Positions 28,053 to 39,571 of a stretch of DNA of 64,000 bases are shown piece by piece (the stretch's first letter is position 1; each line of letters opens with the position of its first letter). The translations under genes and the position numbers were made by a program. A model generated the notes under the pieces. That model saw only the letters and a list, made by a program, of their open reading frames with translations. It searched no databases and had not been told where the DNA came from. The stretch is from Longimicrobiales bacterium (GTDB lineage: Bacteria; Gemmatimonadota; Gemmatimonadetes; Longimicrobiales; Gaopeijiaceae), in assembly GCA_965248195.1 (NCBI GenBank), contig CBDFIQ010000002.1:1408001-1472000 (forward strand), read 5' to 3'.

Positions 28053-28885
28053 GCGTTTGGGAGGCGGTTTTCCTCGGGGTTCTCCAAGGGGCGACCGAAT
28101 TCTTTCCGGTATCGAGTTCCGGGCACCTGGTGGTCGGCCAGACGCTGCTCGGCTTGGAGATTCAGGGCGTGCAGTTCGTGGTGGCGGTACACGTAGCTAC
28201 GCTGATCTCGGTGCTCGTGATGTATCGGAGCCGTCTCATCGAGCTGCTTTACGGCGCGCTTCGGCGAGACGGAGATGCTTGGCGGTACGTGGGGCTGCTC
28301 GCCCTCGCGACGCTACCCGCGGCGATCGTCGGCGTGCTCTTGGTGGACACGATCGAGGGACTCTTCGAGAGCCCGTTCGTGCCGGCCACTGCCTTTCTGG
28401 TGACAGGCGGGATCCTGTGGAGCACGCGCCGGGTGCCCGGGCGGGCGGAGCTCGGGCGGGAGGGGAGCTCGGGTGGGAGGGAGCTCGGGCGCGAGGATCG
28501 GAAGAAACCAGGGTGGGGTGCTGCCTTGTTGATCGGCTTCGCCCAGGCGTTCGCCCTGGTGCCCGGCATCTCCCGCTCGGGGACGACGGTCGTGATGGCG
28601 CTGTGGCTCGGCGTGGCGGCTGAAGAGGCTGCCGCGTTCTCGTTCCTGATGGCGATCCCTGTGATCGCCGGAGCCGCGTTGCTCCAGATGCCGGACCTCA
28701 CTTCGCAGGGCCTGACCCTCTCGGGGACGGCCCTGGCCGCGGGCTCCATCGTGGCCGCCGTCACCGGAATCCTGGCGATCAAGGGTTTCGTGGCTCTGCT
28801 GGTGCGGAGGGCCTTCCACCGCTTCGCCATTTACTGCTGGGCACTTGGCGCAGCTTTCCTCGTCTACCTCTTCGTGTTCGGGTAG
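28049..28885 (+). CDS. uppP: Undecaprenyl-diphosphate phosphatase
   Basis: QGATEFFPVSSSGH, PGISRSG, FSFLMAIP; ATGA overlap with bshA. Confidence 0.95.
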   Translation: MSVWEAVFLGVLQGATEFFPVSSSGHLVVGQTLLGLEIQGVQFVVAVHVATLISVLVMYRSRLIELLYGALRRDGDAWRYVGLLALATLPAAIVGVLLVDTIEGLFESPFVPATAFLVTGGILWSTRRVPGRAELGREGSSGGRELGREDRKKPGWGAALLIGFAQAFALVPGISRSGTTVVMALWLGVAAEEAAAFSFLMAIPVIAGAALLQMPDLTSQGLTLSGTALAAGSIVAAVTGILAIKGFVALLVRRAFHRFAIYCWALGAAFLVYLFVFG

Positions 28886-28892
28886 GGGGACG

Positions 28893-29702
28893 GTGAGCGG
28901 AGAGCCCGAGGTACTCGATCTCTGGGAGGGCCGACCGGTCGAGGAGTGGGCACGGCGCTGGGGCGTGCCGCACGTCGAGGCTTACGATGAGCTTCCCTCC
29001 ACGAACGATCGCCTCCGCGCTCTGGCGGAGGATGGGGCCTCCCACTTCACCGTGGTGACCGCCGACTTCCAGACCGGGGGAAAGGGACGGGGCGGAAAGC
29101 ACTGGGATTCGCCCCGCGGAATGGGCCTTTGGATCTCCTTTCTCGTGCGGAGTGACTCGGACGTCCCACCGACGCTCGTCCCGATCCTCGTGGGGTTGGC
29201 CGCCGCCCGTGCCCTCGAGCGGCTCTGCCCGTCGCTTAGGCCCGGGATCAAGTGGCCCAACGACATCGAGGTGGAGGGCCGAAAGCTGGGAGGTATCCTT
29301 TGCGAGGGCGCCGGGACCGGAGCGGTTGTTGTCGGGGTCGGTCTCAACCTTCGGCAGGGGATCGAGGACTTCGATCCCGGGTTGAAGGAACGAGCCGCGT
29401 CGATGGAGATGGCCGGGTGCAGGGGCGTGAGGCGATCGAGGGTCGCCGGTGAGCTCCTGTCGGCCGCACGTGCCCTGGTGAATCCACCCCCCCGGTTGCT
29501 CGACGAGCGGTTGAGGCAGGAGGTCCGGGACCGCGATACCTTAAACGGCCGAACGGTGCGTACCGACGTGGGTGTCACAGGAACGGCCATGGGCATCGCA
29601 GCTGACGGAGCACTCTTGGTGGAGGTCGACGGTGGAGTCGAGGAGATTCGAGCGGGGGGTGTGATGGCCGTGGGCAACATGAATGAGCGTGGAGGGGCGT
29701 GA
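28893..29702 (+). CDS. birA: Biotin-[acetyl-CoA-carboxylase] ligase
   Basis: STND, QTGGKGRGG, KWPND, KLGGIL, GVGLN; no N-terminal HTH. Confidence 0.92.
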   Translation: MSGEPEVLDLWEGRPVEEWARRWGVPHVEAYDELPSTNDRLRALAEDGASHFTVVTADFQTGGKGRGGKHWDSPRGMGLWISFLVRSDSDVPPTLVPILVGLAAARALERLCPSLRPGIKWPNDIEVEGRKLGGILCEGAGTGAVVVGVGLNLRQGIEDFDPGLKERAASMEMAGCRGVRRSRVAGELLSAARALVNPPPRLLDERLRQEVRDRDTLNGRTVRTDVGVTGTAMGIAADGALLVEVDGGVEEIRAGGVMAVGNMNERGGA

Positions 29703-29703
29703 C

Positions 29704-30480
29704 ATGGAGCTCGTCATCGACGTGGGAAACAGCGAGACCGTGCTCGGCATCGTGGATCCTGGAAAGCTCGATCTGCGCGCCCACTGGCGGTTGAGCACGC
29801 CGATTCCCCGCACGCCCGATGAATACAGACTGCTGCTGCAGTCGTTGCTTCGCGACGGCGGGATTTCCCACCACGACCTGACGATGGCTGTCCTAGGTTC
29901 GGTGGTGCCCTCCGCGACCCGAATTCTCACGGATACTCTCGAGCAGATTCTGGGAGGGCCACCCATCGTGGTAGACGCGCGGAGCCCACTGCCGATTCGG
30001 CTCGACGTGGACGAGCCGCTCACGGTCGGCGCCGATCGTATCGTGAACACACTCGCGGCTAAGGAGATGTACGGACGCGACACCATCGCCGTCGATCTCG
30101 GGACTGCCACCACGTTCGACTGCATTACGGCCGACGGCGTATTCGTCGGGGGTGTGATCGCCCAAGGCCTGGAGTCCGGGCTCGAGTGGCTGGGAAGGAA
30201 GACCGCCAAGCTCCCCCGGGTCGAGCTGACTCCGCCCGAGAGCGTGATCGGACGGCGCACGGAGGCGTGCATCCAAAGCGGCGTGTTCTTCTCGGCGGTC
30301 GACGCCGTGGACGGGATCGTTCGGCGGATCCTGGACGAATGGCAGCGGGAAGACGTCTTTGTGGTCGCGACCGGGGGATACGCCACCACCGTCGGTCCCC
30401 ACGCCCAGACCGTTGACCACATCGAACCCTTCCTCACCCTCTTCGGCCTCGCCCTCGCGGGGAGGACGATTCGGGGGTAG
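29704..30480 (+). CDS. coaX: Type III pantothenate kinase
   Basis: IDVGNS, VGADR, VDLGTATT, VATGG. Confidence 0.94.
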   Translation: MELVIDVGNSETVLGIVDPGKLDLRAHWRLSTPIPRTPDEYRLLLQSLLRDGGISHHDLTMAVLGSVVPSATRILTDTLEQILGGPPIVVDARSPLPIRLDVDEPLTVGADRIVNTLAAKEMYGRDTIAVDLGTATTFDCITADGVFVGGVIAQGLESGLEWLGRKTAKLPRVELTPPESVIGRRTEACIQSGVFFSAVDAVDGIVRRILDEWQREDVFVVATGGYATTVGPHAQTVDHIEPFLTLFGLALAGRTIRG

Positions 30481-30500
30481 GAGCCCGCGGTGCATTCCCG

Positions 30501-30528
30501 TTGACACGATCCCGTACGCCACTACATT
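30501..30528 (+). promoter_or_regulatory. Sigma-70-type promoter of groESL
   Basis: TTGACA (30501-30506), 16-bp spacer, TACATT (30523-30528), directly upstream of CIRCE. Confidence 0.7.
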
Positions 30529-30535
30529 TACGGCA

Positions 30536-30562
30536 TTAGCACTCATGTGGTGAGAGTGCTGA
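30536..30562. promoter_or_regulatory. CIRCE element (HrcA operator)
   Basis: TTAGCACTC-atgtggtga-GAGTGCTGA versus consensus TTAGCACTC-N9-GAGTGCTAA. Confidence 0.93.
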
Positions 30563-30611
30563 CAGTTCTCTAAACCTAATAATATCAACCAGTTAGTAGG
30601 AGGCGTTTCGG

Positions 30612-30917
30612 ATGGCAAACAAGACTGCGGTCAACGTCGAGCCGTTGGCGGATCGCGTGGTGGTGTCGCCCCTCGAGGAAGAGGAGCAAATGCGTGGAGG
30701 CCTGTACATCCCGGACACGGCCAAGGAGAAACCCCAATCCGGCAAGATCGTCGCCGTGGGGCCGGGCAAGCTCTCCGAGGAGGGTGTGAGAATCGAGCCC
30801 GACGTCGAGGTCGGCCAGACCGTTCTCTACGGGAAGTACAGTGGGACGGAAGTCACCGTAGAGGGCGAGGATTACCTCATCCTGCGCGAGTCGGACATCC
30901 TCGCCGTCCTCGGCTGA
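30612..30917 (+). CDS. groES: Co-chaperonin GroES
   Basis: [29 protein letters not shown]. Confidence 0.98.
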   Translation: MANKTAVNVEPLADRVVVSPLEEEEQMRGGLYIPDTAKEKPQSGKIVAVGPGKLSEEGVRIEPDVEVGQTVLYGKYSGTEVTVEGEDYLILRESDILAVLG

Positions 30918-30978
30918 CCTGCCGTGCGTTTCAAAGAAAACGAAAGAATTCACAAGCATCATACACAGGAGTAGATAG

Positions 30979-32613
<1,635 letters not shown>

Positions 32614-32667
32614 GGGCTGCCTCTAGCCGTATCACTCGCCTTTTGAGGCATGGCATGGTGAGTCTAG

Positions 32668-32703
32668 CGCCCCCGGTGTCGCGTAGCGATGCCGGGGGCG
32701 TTG
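32668..32703. terminator. Hairpin between convergent groEL and the SAM-protein cluster
   Basis: cgcccccggtgtcgc-gta-gcgatgccgggggcg. Confidence 0.6.
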
Positions 32704-32772
32704 TGCGCCAGGGGCGTCAGCCGGGGGGACACCAAGCCGCTTCGGCGACCCCGTGCGACGCGCCCTAGCGGA

Positions 32773-35193
32773 TCAGCGGTGCGCCCACAACGAGTCGAGC
32801 TTCGCGTAGAGGTCCGGCTCGGCGGCACTCGCTCTCTTGAGCAGATGGTCTCGCATCAGCGGATCGATCCGTCCAATTGACGCCGCGCGCGCGGCGATGC
32901 GCTCGAGTCCGAGTCGGTCCATCGCCCACGGCTCGATCCCGTACCGTGTCGGATTGGAGACGATTGGATCGTAGCGCGCGCCCTCGTCGCCACTGGTAAC
33001 GAGGAACTCGAGGACCGGACGGTCGTCGGTGTTGACCCGAGCGGGCGCGCCCCAGTCGGAAACCAGCTGGCCGAACAGGTCCGACGACAGGCGAACGGCA
33101 TCGAAATGTTCGTCCACCCGGATTGCCCCCAGAGTCTGTTCCATGACCCTTGTGAGGTCCGCGTCGAAGTGCTCGACATCGACCGGCCGCGCCGAAAGCG
33201 CCAACTGCCCAGCGGAACATGCGGTCATGTAGTACGACCTTCTGAGCAGCCACAGGTCACACGTCGCAAAGACCTCCGACAGGGTCCGCAAGACGGTTTC
33301 GAGTCCTCGAGCGGTCATGTCGTACGGCGCGAGCCACGTCACGAAGACGCCGTCCTCGGCGAGGGCTCGACGCACCGCTCGGTAGAACTCCAGCGTGTAG
33401 ATCTTGGACGCCGCGTAGTACGTGGGAGCCGGGATCGAATTGACGATCGCGTCGTACTCCCCTTCTCGAGCGGACAGAAAGGTCCGCCCGTCCCCGATGG
33501 TCAGGCGGACGTTGTCGCGCCCGAGCACGTCGAGGTTGGCGTCGTGCAGATTGGCGGCCTGGGCGACGAACGCTCCATTGATCTCGACGACGTCCACCTG
33601 AGCGAAGACCCGAGCCGCGGCGCCTGCGGTGAGTCCGGTCCCGAGACCGAGCACTGCGGCCCGCCCCGTCCGCGGTGCGACGAGCGACGGCACGACACCA
33701 CTGACGAGCTCTGCCAGATTCACGACACCGTTCCGCCTCGCATAGATGCTGGGGTGTCCGTTGTAGGAGACCCAGTCCTCCCCGGGCGAACGAACGAGCG
33801 TGGCGCTTTCACCCCACCATCGAAACACCCGAACCTCCGAGCCGCGGGAAGACTCCGCGTAGCGCCCGAGCTGGAAGGCACCCTCGTCCCAGCTTCCGGC
33901 CAAAAGGACCGCAGCGGCCACCGCGACCGCGCTCGCGATGCGCGCACGGCTTCGCCCTCCGTCCCTCCCTCTCTCTCTGCCTCCGTCCCTCCGTTCCTCC
34001 GCCAAAGCGGCGGCCCCCCAGCAAACGACGGTGAGCAGCGCGACGAGCCCACCCATCGGTAGCAGGGGATGCAGCACGCCGATGAAGGCGAGGTAGCCGA
34101 CGGCATTGCCGATCCCCGCAAGCCACAACAGCGCTCCGGATTCCTCGGCGACCGCACCCTCACGCCCGAGGAGCGCCGGCACGGTGGCGCCGAAACACAT
34201 GAGTGGAAGAAGCCCCAGCGAACTCGCCGCCATGAGTCGGGCCAGGAGCCCTCCAATCGCTCCGCTTCCGAGACCGGCGCTCAGCGCGCCGTAAAGTGCC
34301 CCGACGCCAGGCAGGAGGAGGTAGCCAACCGAGGCCGTGACGCCGGCGGCGAGCACGACGGAGGAGAAGCGAAGGCGGCTGCGCGAAACGACCACGGTGC
34401 CGGCGGCGATGCCGAACAGGACCACGGCCAGCCCGACCGCGAAGTTCTCCCGGTGGGGCGAGAACGTCAGGTAGAGGCTCTTGAGGAATGCCATCTGGAA
34501 GACACCGCTCGCCACGCTCACGGCGAACAGGGCGAGTCTCAGCCTTCCCGACGCCAAGACGGCCGGCGCCCGCGGACGACGATGCTGCGTGCCCCCGATC
34601 GCGAACAGCGCCAGGCCGATGAGGAGGTTCGCACCGCCCAGAAGCCATAGGGACCACGTGACGCCGACGGCCCGTAGCAGGACGAGCTCAATGAGGACAA
34701 CCCCTGCGGCGGCACCGAAGTTGTAGAGCCCGTAGATATCGGGGAAGGCCGCTCCGGCTGTGGCTCCAGCCTCATGGCGGACGGCCTTCACGTACGCGCT
34801 GAAGAGGGGCAGGCTGAAGCCGATCGCGAAGGCGGGGGAGGCGACGAGCGCCATGGTCGCAAGCGACGCTCCAACCGGGCTCGCCACGCCTCCCAGGGCA
34901 CCGGCCGCGACGACCCACGCCGTCAACAGAGGGAAAAGCAGAGCGTATACGCCGATGACGACCTCGAACGCCGCAAGCCAGCGGTGCGCCCGGTGCGCTA
35001 CCCGGGCGCCGACTGCCGTCCCGATGAGGAAGGTGCTCAGGAGAGCGGCGTGCACCCAGAGAGCGTCCCCCAGTGCCGTCGTGAGCGTTCGTATGTATAG
35101 GACCTCGTACCCGAGCGCACACACGCCCGACGCCACTGCCATCATCTCCAGCCCTGCGGCGACCCCGCGACCGCTGCCCGTTCCTTGGTTCAT
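32773..35193 (-). CDS. Membrane-bound spermidine-synthase-like SAM-dependent protein A (fused multi-TM plus Rossmann domain)
   Basis: ASGVCALGYEVLY...YGLYNFGAAAG TM block, a second similar block, then VLGLGTGLT, VVEIN, GDGR, YTLEFY, NTDDRPVLEF. Start placed at ATG 35193. Confidence 0.85.
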   Translation of the reverse strand: MNQGTGSGRGVAAGLEMMAVASGVCALGYEVLYIRTLTTALGDALWVHAALLSTFLIGTAVGARVAHRAHRWLAAFEVVIGVYALLFPLLTAWVVAAGALGGVASPVGASLATMALVASPAFAIGFSLPLFSAYVKAVRHEAGATAGAAFPDIYGLYNFGAAAGVVLIELVLLRAVGVTWSLWLLGGANLLIGLALFAIGGTQHRRPRAPAVLASGRLRLALFAVSVASGVFQMAFLKSLYLTFSPHRENFAVGLAVVLFGIAAGTVVVSRSRLRFSSVVLAAGVTASVGYLLLPGVGALYGALSAGLGSGAIGGLLARLMAASSLGLLPLMCFGATVPALLGREGAVAEESGALLWLAGIGNAVGYLAFIGVLHPLLPMGGLVALLTVVCWGAAALAEERRDGGRERGRDGGRSRARIASAVAVAAAVLLAGSWDEGAFQLGRYAESSRGSEVRVFRWWGESATLVRSPGEDWVSYNGHPSIYARRNGVVNLAELVSGVVPSLVAPRTGRAAVLGLGTGLTAGAAARVFAQVDVVEINGAFVAQAANLHDANLDVLGRDNVRLTIGDGRTFLSAREGEYDAIVNSIPAPTYYAASKIYTLEFYRAVRRALAEDGVFVTWLAPYDMTARGLETVLRTLSEVFATCDLWLLRRSYYMTACSAGQLALSARPVDVEHFDADLTRVMEQTLGAIRVDEHFDAVRLSSDLFGQLVSDWGAPARVNTDDRPVLEFLVTSGDEGARYDPIVSNPTRYGIEPWAMDRLGLERIAARAASIGRIDPLMRDHLLKRASAAEPDLYAKLDSLWAHR

Positions 35194-35204
35194 GTCGGCG
35201 TCGG

Positions 35205-37492
35205 TCAGTCTTGCGCGAGGGGAGAGTCCATGATCGAGATCCCCGCCACTCCGTGTGACCACCGGTACTCGAGCGGCCCACGGCCTGGACCTCGTCCATG
35301 GTTGAGAAAGCCTTGCGCACGACTCCCGTGAGCGTCTCCTCCGGCGTCCCCTGCTCCAGCGCGACGAGCGCGCGACGCGCATCCGGGCTCAGCCGCTCGA
35401 GACGAGGCACGATGTCATGAGGGGTCTCGTCTCGAAACGCAACGACGATGTGTGACGTCTCCCCGTACGCCGGAACGTACAGCACGGTGGGAAAGACCTC
35501 TTGGATGCCGCGAACCAGGAGTGGCAGATCCTCTCCCCAGAACAGCTGCGTGAAGACGCCTCCGGGTTCGAGGCGTTCGCGCGCCTCACGCCAGAAGTCG
35601 ACCGTGTAAAGCCCCGACGATCCGGGCAGGTACGGGTCGAGCACGTTCACATTGATGATGTCGTACGTGCGATCGGACGATACGAGCGCTTGCCGGCCGT
35701 CACCCTGTGCCAGACGCACCCGGGGATCGTCGAGAAGCCGGAAGTTGTGCGGCGCGAATTTGGCCTGTTCGGCGATGAGGAATGGGAGGATCTCGATCGT
35801 CGTGATGTCCTCCACCTGCGGATACAGCGTAAACGTCCCGGCGGTGATGCCGTAACCGGTGCCCACGTTGAGCACGCTGGACGTACGCTTTGCGAGGACC
35901 ATGGACAGGTGCGCGGGCATCTGCTGGGCATGGGTCGTCTGCAGGTCTCCCAGATCGAAGACGAGGCTCAGGCGGTTGTTTCGCACCCGAATCGTGTTCC
36001 TCGTCGTGAGCGTCATCACCTGCACGCCGTACTCGTCTTCGTTCGCGGTGATGAGGGTCTCGTCCGGGCGGAGGAGCACCAGGCTCGTCGGGGCGATGGC
36101 CGCTCCGAGCAGCACACCGACGCATACGACCCCCGACGTCACGTACGCCGCGGGGCTGCGCAGACTCCAAGCGATCAGCCCGGCACCGAGAAACCCGGAA
36201 GCCAGACCGAGCGAGGCAAACCCCTGCATCGTACCGGGGCCCCGCGCCAGCACGTACCCGGCCCCGACGGCTCCCACCACGGCACCGATGGTGTTCACGA
36301 AGTACAGCCGTCCGATCACCCGGCTCGGATCCCGGTCGAGCGCACGCGCGGCCCGCGCGAGGAGCGGAAAGACGATGCCGAGCACACCGATGGACGGAGC
36401 CACCAGGAGGGCCATGATCGCGGTGCGCCGAGCCGCTTCGGGCAGGCCCGGCAGGAGGCCGGCAATGCCCCCACCCGCCACGGTGGCGGTGGCGAGCATC
36501 ACGGAGACGCCATGAATCAGCGCGCCGAGCGAAAGACACGCGCCCACTGTCCCCAGAACCCGTCGCTTCGTCATAGCCCCGACTCGGACCGCGATGGGCG
36601 CAGCCAGCAGGCTCGCAGCGCCGAGCGCCGCGATGAAGATGAAGAGCAGGACGGAGATCGCCATCGTACGATCGCCCAAAAGGAAACGCGCGATTCGTCC
36701 CCATAACACCTCGTACCCGAGGATCAGCGCGCCGCTCGTGAAGGCCAGCGTCCAGAGCCAGGCGCCGTCGAGCCCCTCACGTTGGCCTTCGGCGTCACCT
36801 TGCCAGCTGCCGTCGAGCCCGTCCCGTTCGACTTCGGCGCCACCGTGGGCGGGGACTGGTGCCCGCCCGACGAGTTGCGCCCCCCCCCGGACGCCTCGCT
36901 TCGCGACAACAAAAGCCAGACAGCCGACAGTGACGTTGAGCGAGACGGCGATTCCGACAGCCCCGAGCAGCCCTATCCACCAGATCAGGAACAGTCCCGC
37001 CGACGCCGCCCCCAGCGCCGCTCCGAGCGTGTTCCAGCCGTACAACTCCGTGACTTTGCGGTGCGGCAACTCCCACTCGGCGACCGCGCCGAGCAATACC
37101 GGGAGCGTCCCACCCATGAGTACGGTCGGCACGGCGAGCATGGCTGCGGACACGAGCATCGTGAGGGCGAGCGACGGACCGAACGACTCCGGGGTGGAAA
37201 GGAGGCCCGCGGCGGTCGCACCACCCACATGCGCCGCATAGGTGACCAGCCACGCACTGATGCCGATCGCTACTTCCATCAGCGCATACAGACGGAGCGC
37301 CCCCGCCCCGCGCGCCCTTATACGGCCGAATACCCACGCCCCCGCGGCGAGTCCCGCCAGGAAGACCGAGAATACGACCGTCATGGAGATCGCCGTCGAT
37401 CCGACGACGTCGGCCAGCATACGGGTCCAAACCACCTCGTAGATGAGACCTGCGCAGCCGGAGAAAAAGAAGAGGGCGATGAGTAGGGTCAC
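35205..37492 (-). CDS. Membrane-bound spermidine-synthase-like SAM-dependent protein B, apparent frameshift near the 3' end
   Basis: FFSGCAGLIYEVVW, LMGGTLP, LYGWNTLGA, LYFVNTIGA, NVGTGYGIT, IEI, GDGR, YTVDFW. A likely native end PLEYRWSHG...AQD-stop at 35205 lies in another frame; as sequenced the frame runs on to 34772. Confidence 0.75.
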
Positions 37493-38195
37493 GAGGAGGT
37501 CCGCTCCCGTGCGGGGTGCGGCTGGCCGGCGGCGGGGCGCACCTAGAACGCCAACACCTGAAAGAGGTTGCTGTAGTCGTCGGTCCACATACGAACCCGC
37601 TTGTGGCTCCGTGCCTGCCGCCAAGTCGCTTCGGCGACCTGGTCCGTGCTGAGAAACTCGTCGTTCGTGCTGAGAAGCATCCAGTCGGCGCTATATGTCG
37701 ACATGGGACCGTTATCAGTGGAAACGTACGCCGCCTCCATCTCGAAGTGCTGAGCCACCTTTTGCAAGACCGGCTCGAGATCCAAATGCCGGCTCGTGAA
37801 ATGGACCGCGATCACGCCGTCAGGCTTGAGATGGCGTCGGTAGATCTCGAACGCCTCTTTTGTCAGGAGATGGACAGGTATCGCATCGCTCGTGAACGCA
37901 TCGAGGACCAAAATGTCGAACGCTTGTGGGGCCTCGCGTTCCATCGAGAGCCGGGCGTCCCCCAGAACCACCTCAACTCGTCCCTCGGAGTCGGCCAAGT
38001 AGGAGAAGTAGTCCGTCGCCATGCGCAGGACGTCGGAATTGATCTCGTAGAATCGGATGTAGTCACCCGGCAGGCCGTATGCCGCGAGGGTCCCGACACC
38101 TAGTCCAACCACACCGATTCGCCGTTCGGACCAGCGTGGGAAAGCCCGGAACGTCACCCCGATGCCGCTGGTCGGCGTGAAGTAGGTCGTCGGAG

Positions 38196-39571
38196 GGTCA
38201 AGTCCCGATTTGTGTGTAAAAGCGGAGGAAGCTCCTCGCCTTCGGCTAGGCTGCTTGGGCGACCTCCTGTTTCTGGAGGAGTGAGAGGTCGAGGTAACGC
38301 CGGTCGCCCCAGACGTGTGTGGTCCTGAGTGCGACGGCCGTGATGAGCCTGAGGGCGCTGGCCCGGTCCGGGAAGGCGCCGGCGGCCTTGATCCTGCGTT
38401 TGATCTCGCCGTGCAGCCGCTCGAGGCTGTTGGTGGTACGCAGCCGGGGCCAGTGCGCCTCGGGGAACGCGTAGAACTGCGTCGCTGCCCCGAAGCCCCG
38501 CTCCAGGACCTCCACGGCCTCGGGCAGCTCCTTCTTCCAGCGTGCGCCGAACTCGCCCAGGAGCTTCTTCGCCTCGGCGAGTCCGGATGTCTGGAAGATC
38601 ACCGAGACCTCACGCGCCACGCGCTTGCGTAGGCGGTGGGGGACCCTCGCCCCCACATTACGCTGCAGATGGACCGTACACCTCTGACGGCGTGCCTCGG
38701 GCAGGAAGCGGCGGACCGCAGCTGCCAGGCCTGCGTGCTCATCGGCGATCACGAGCTCGACACCGCCGAGGCCGCGGTCCTGGAGTTGCTCGAGGAGCTC
38801 CGACCAGCTCTGCTGCGACTCCTCAGCGCCCAGCGTGACGGCCAGGAGCCGTCGGTGACCCTCAGGGCCCACTGCATACGCCACGAGCGCACTCACGTTC
38901 TCGACTTTGCGGGCCCAGCGGGCGTCCAAGAACGTGGCGTCCAGGTACAGATAGGGGTGAGGCCCCTCGATCGGCGCACGGCGCAGCCCTTCCACGGCCT
39001 CGTCGAGCCGTTTTGCCACACGACTCACCGTCGAGCGCCCAACACGCTCGCCCATCAGCGCCTCGGTGACGTCGCCCATCTTGCGCTGTGACACGCCGCT
39101 CACATACGCCTCGACCATCATCTCGTCGAGCTCGGGGCTCCTGCGCTGGTAGCGGCCGATCACGTCGGCCGGCGAACCGTTGTCCCGGCTCCGGGGCATG
39201 GCGACCTCGATCTGCCCCAGGCTCGTCAGCAGCCGCCTCAGGTATGTGCCGTTCCTATGGTCCTTCCGGCTTCCCACCCGCTCGAAGCGGCGTGCACCTA
39301 CCATGGCCTTCAGCTCCTCTTCCAGCACCATCTCGAGCGTCAGCCGGATCGCGCCTTGAAACAGCTCGCGCAAATCATCGCGTAGCTCGTCTTGCGTGGC
39401 CCGACCGATCTCCACAATCTCTTGCATCGGAAGCTCCTCTCCGGTTCCGAGCCTGCTCTGCAGACCCGGACTCCCGGGTTCATGTGACAGTGAACAACAA
39501 CAGAGGAGCTTCCGTTTTTCTTTCCCTCCTGTCCAGCTTATCCGCTTTTACACAAATCTAGGGACACTACC
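38196..39571 (-). mobile_element. IS256 family insertion sequence, 1376 bp, with 8-bp target site duplication
   Basis: Imperfect IRs ggtcaagtcccgatttgtgtgtaaaagcgga / ggtagtgtccctagatttgtgtaaaagcgga; TSD cgtcggag at 38188-38195 and 39572-39579. Confidence 0.95.
38246..39427 (-). CDS. IS256 family DDE transposase
   Basis: RNGTY, GVSQRK, YLDATF, IADEHAGL, QRCTVHLQRN, TTNSLERLHGEIKRR. Confidence 0.95.
   Translation of the reverse strand: MQEIVEIGRATQDELRDDLRELFQGAIRLTLEMVLEEELKAMVGARRFERVGSRKDHRNGTYLRRLLTSLGQIEVAMPRSRDNGSPADVIGRYQRRSPELDEMMVEAYVSGVSQRKMGDVTEALMGERVGRSTVSRVAKRLDEAVEGLRRAPIEGPHPYLYLDATFLDARWARKVENVSALVAYAVGPEGHRRLLAVTLGAEESQQSWSELLEQLQDRGLGGVELVIADEHAGLAAAVRRFLPEARRQRCTVHLQRNVGARVPHRLRKRVAREVSVIFQTSGLAEAKKLLGEFGARWKKELPEAVEVLERGFGAATQFYAFPEAHWPRLRTTNSLERLHGEIKRRIKAAGAFPDRASALRLITAVALRTTHVWGDRRYLDLSLLQKQEVAQAA

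Noticed and set aside
34772..35204. Long C-terminal extension of SAM protein B
   Set aside because: Overlaps gene A, non-protein-like composition; better explained by a frameshift.
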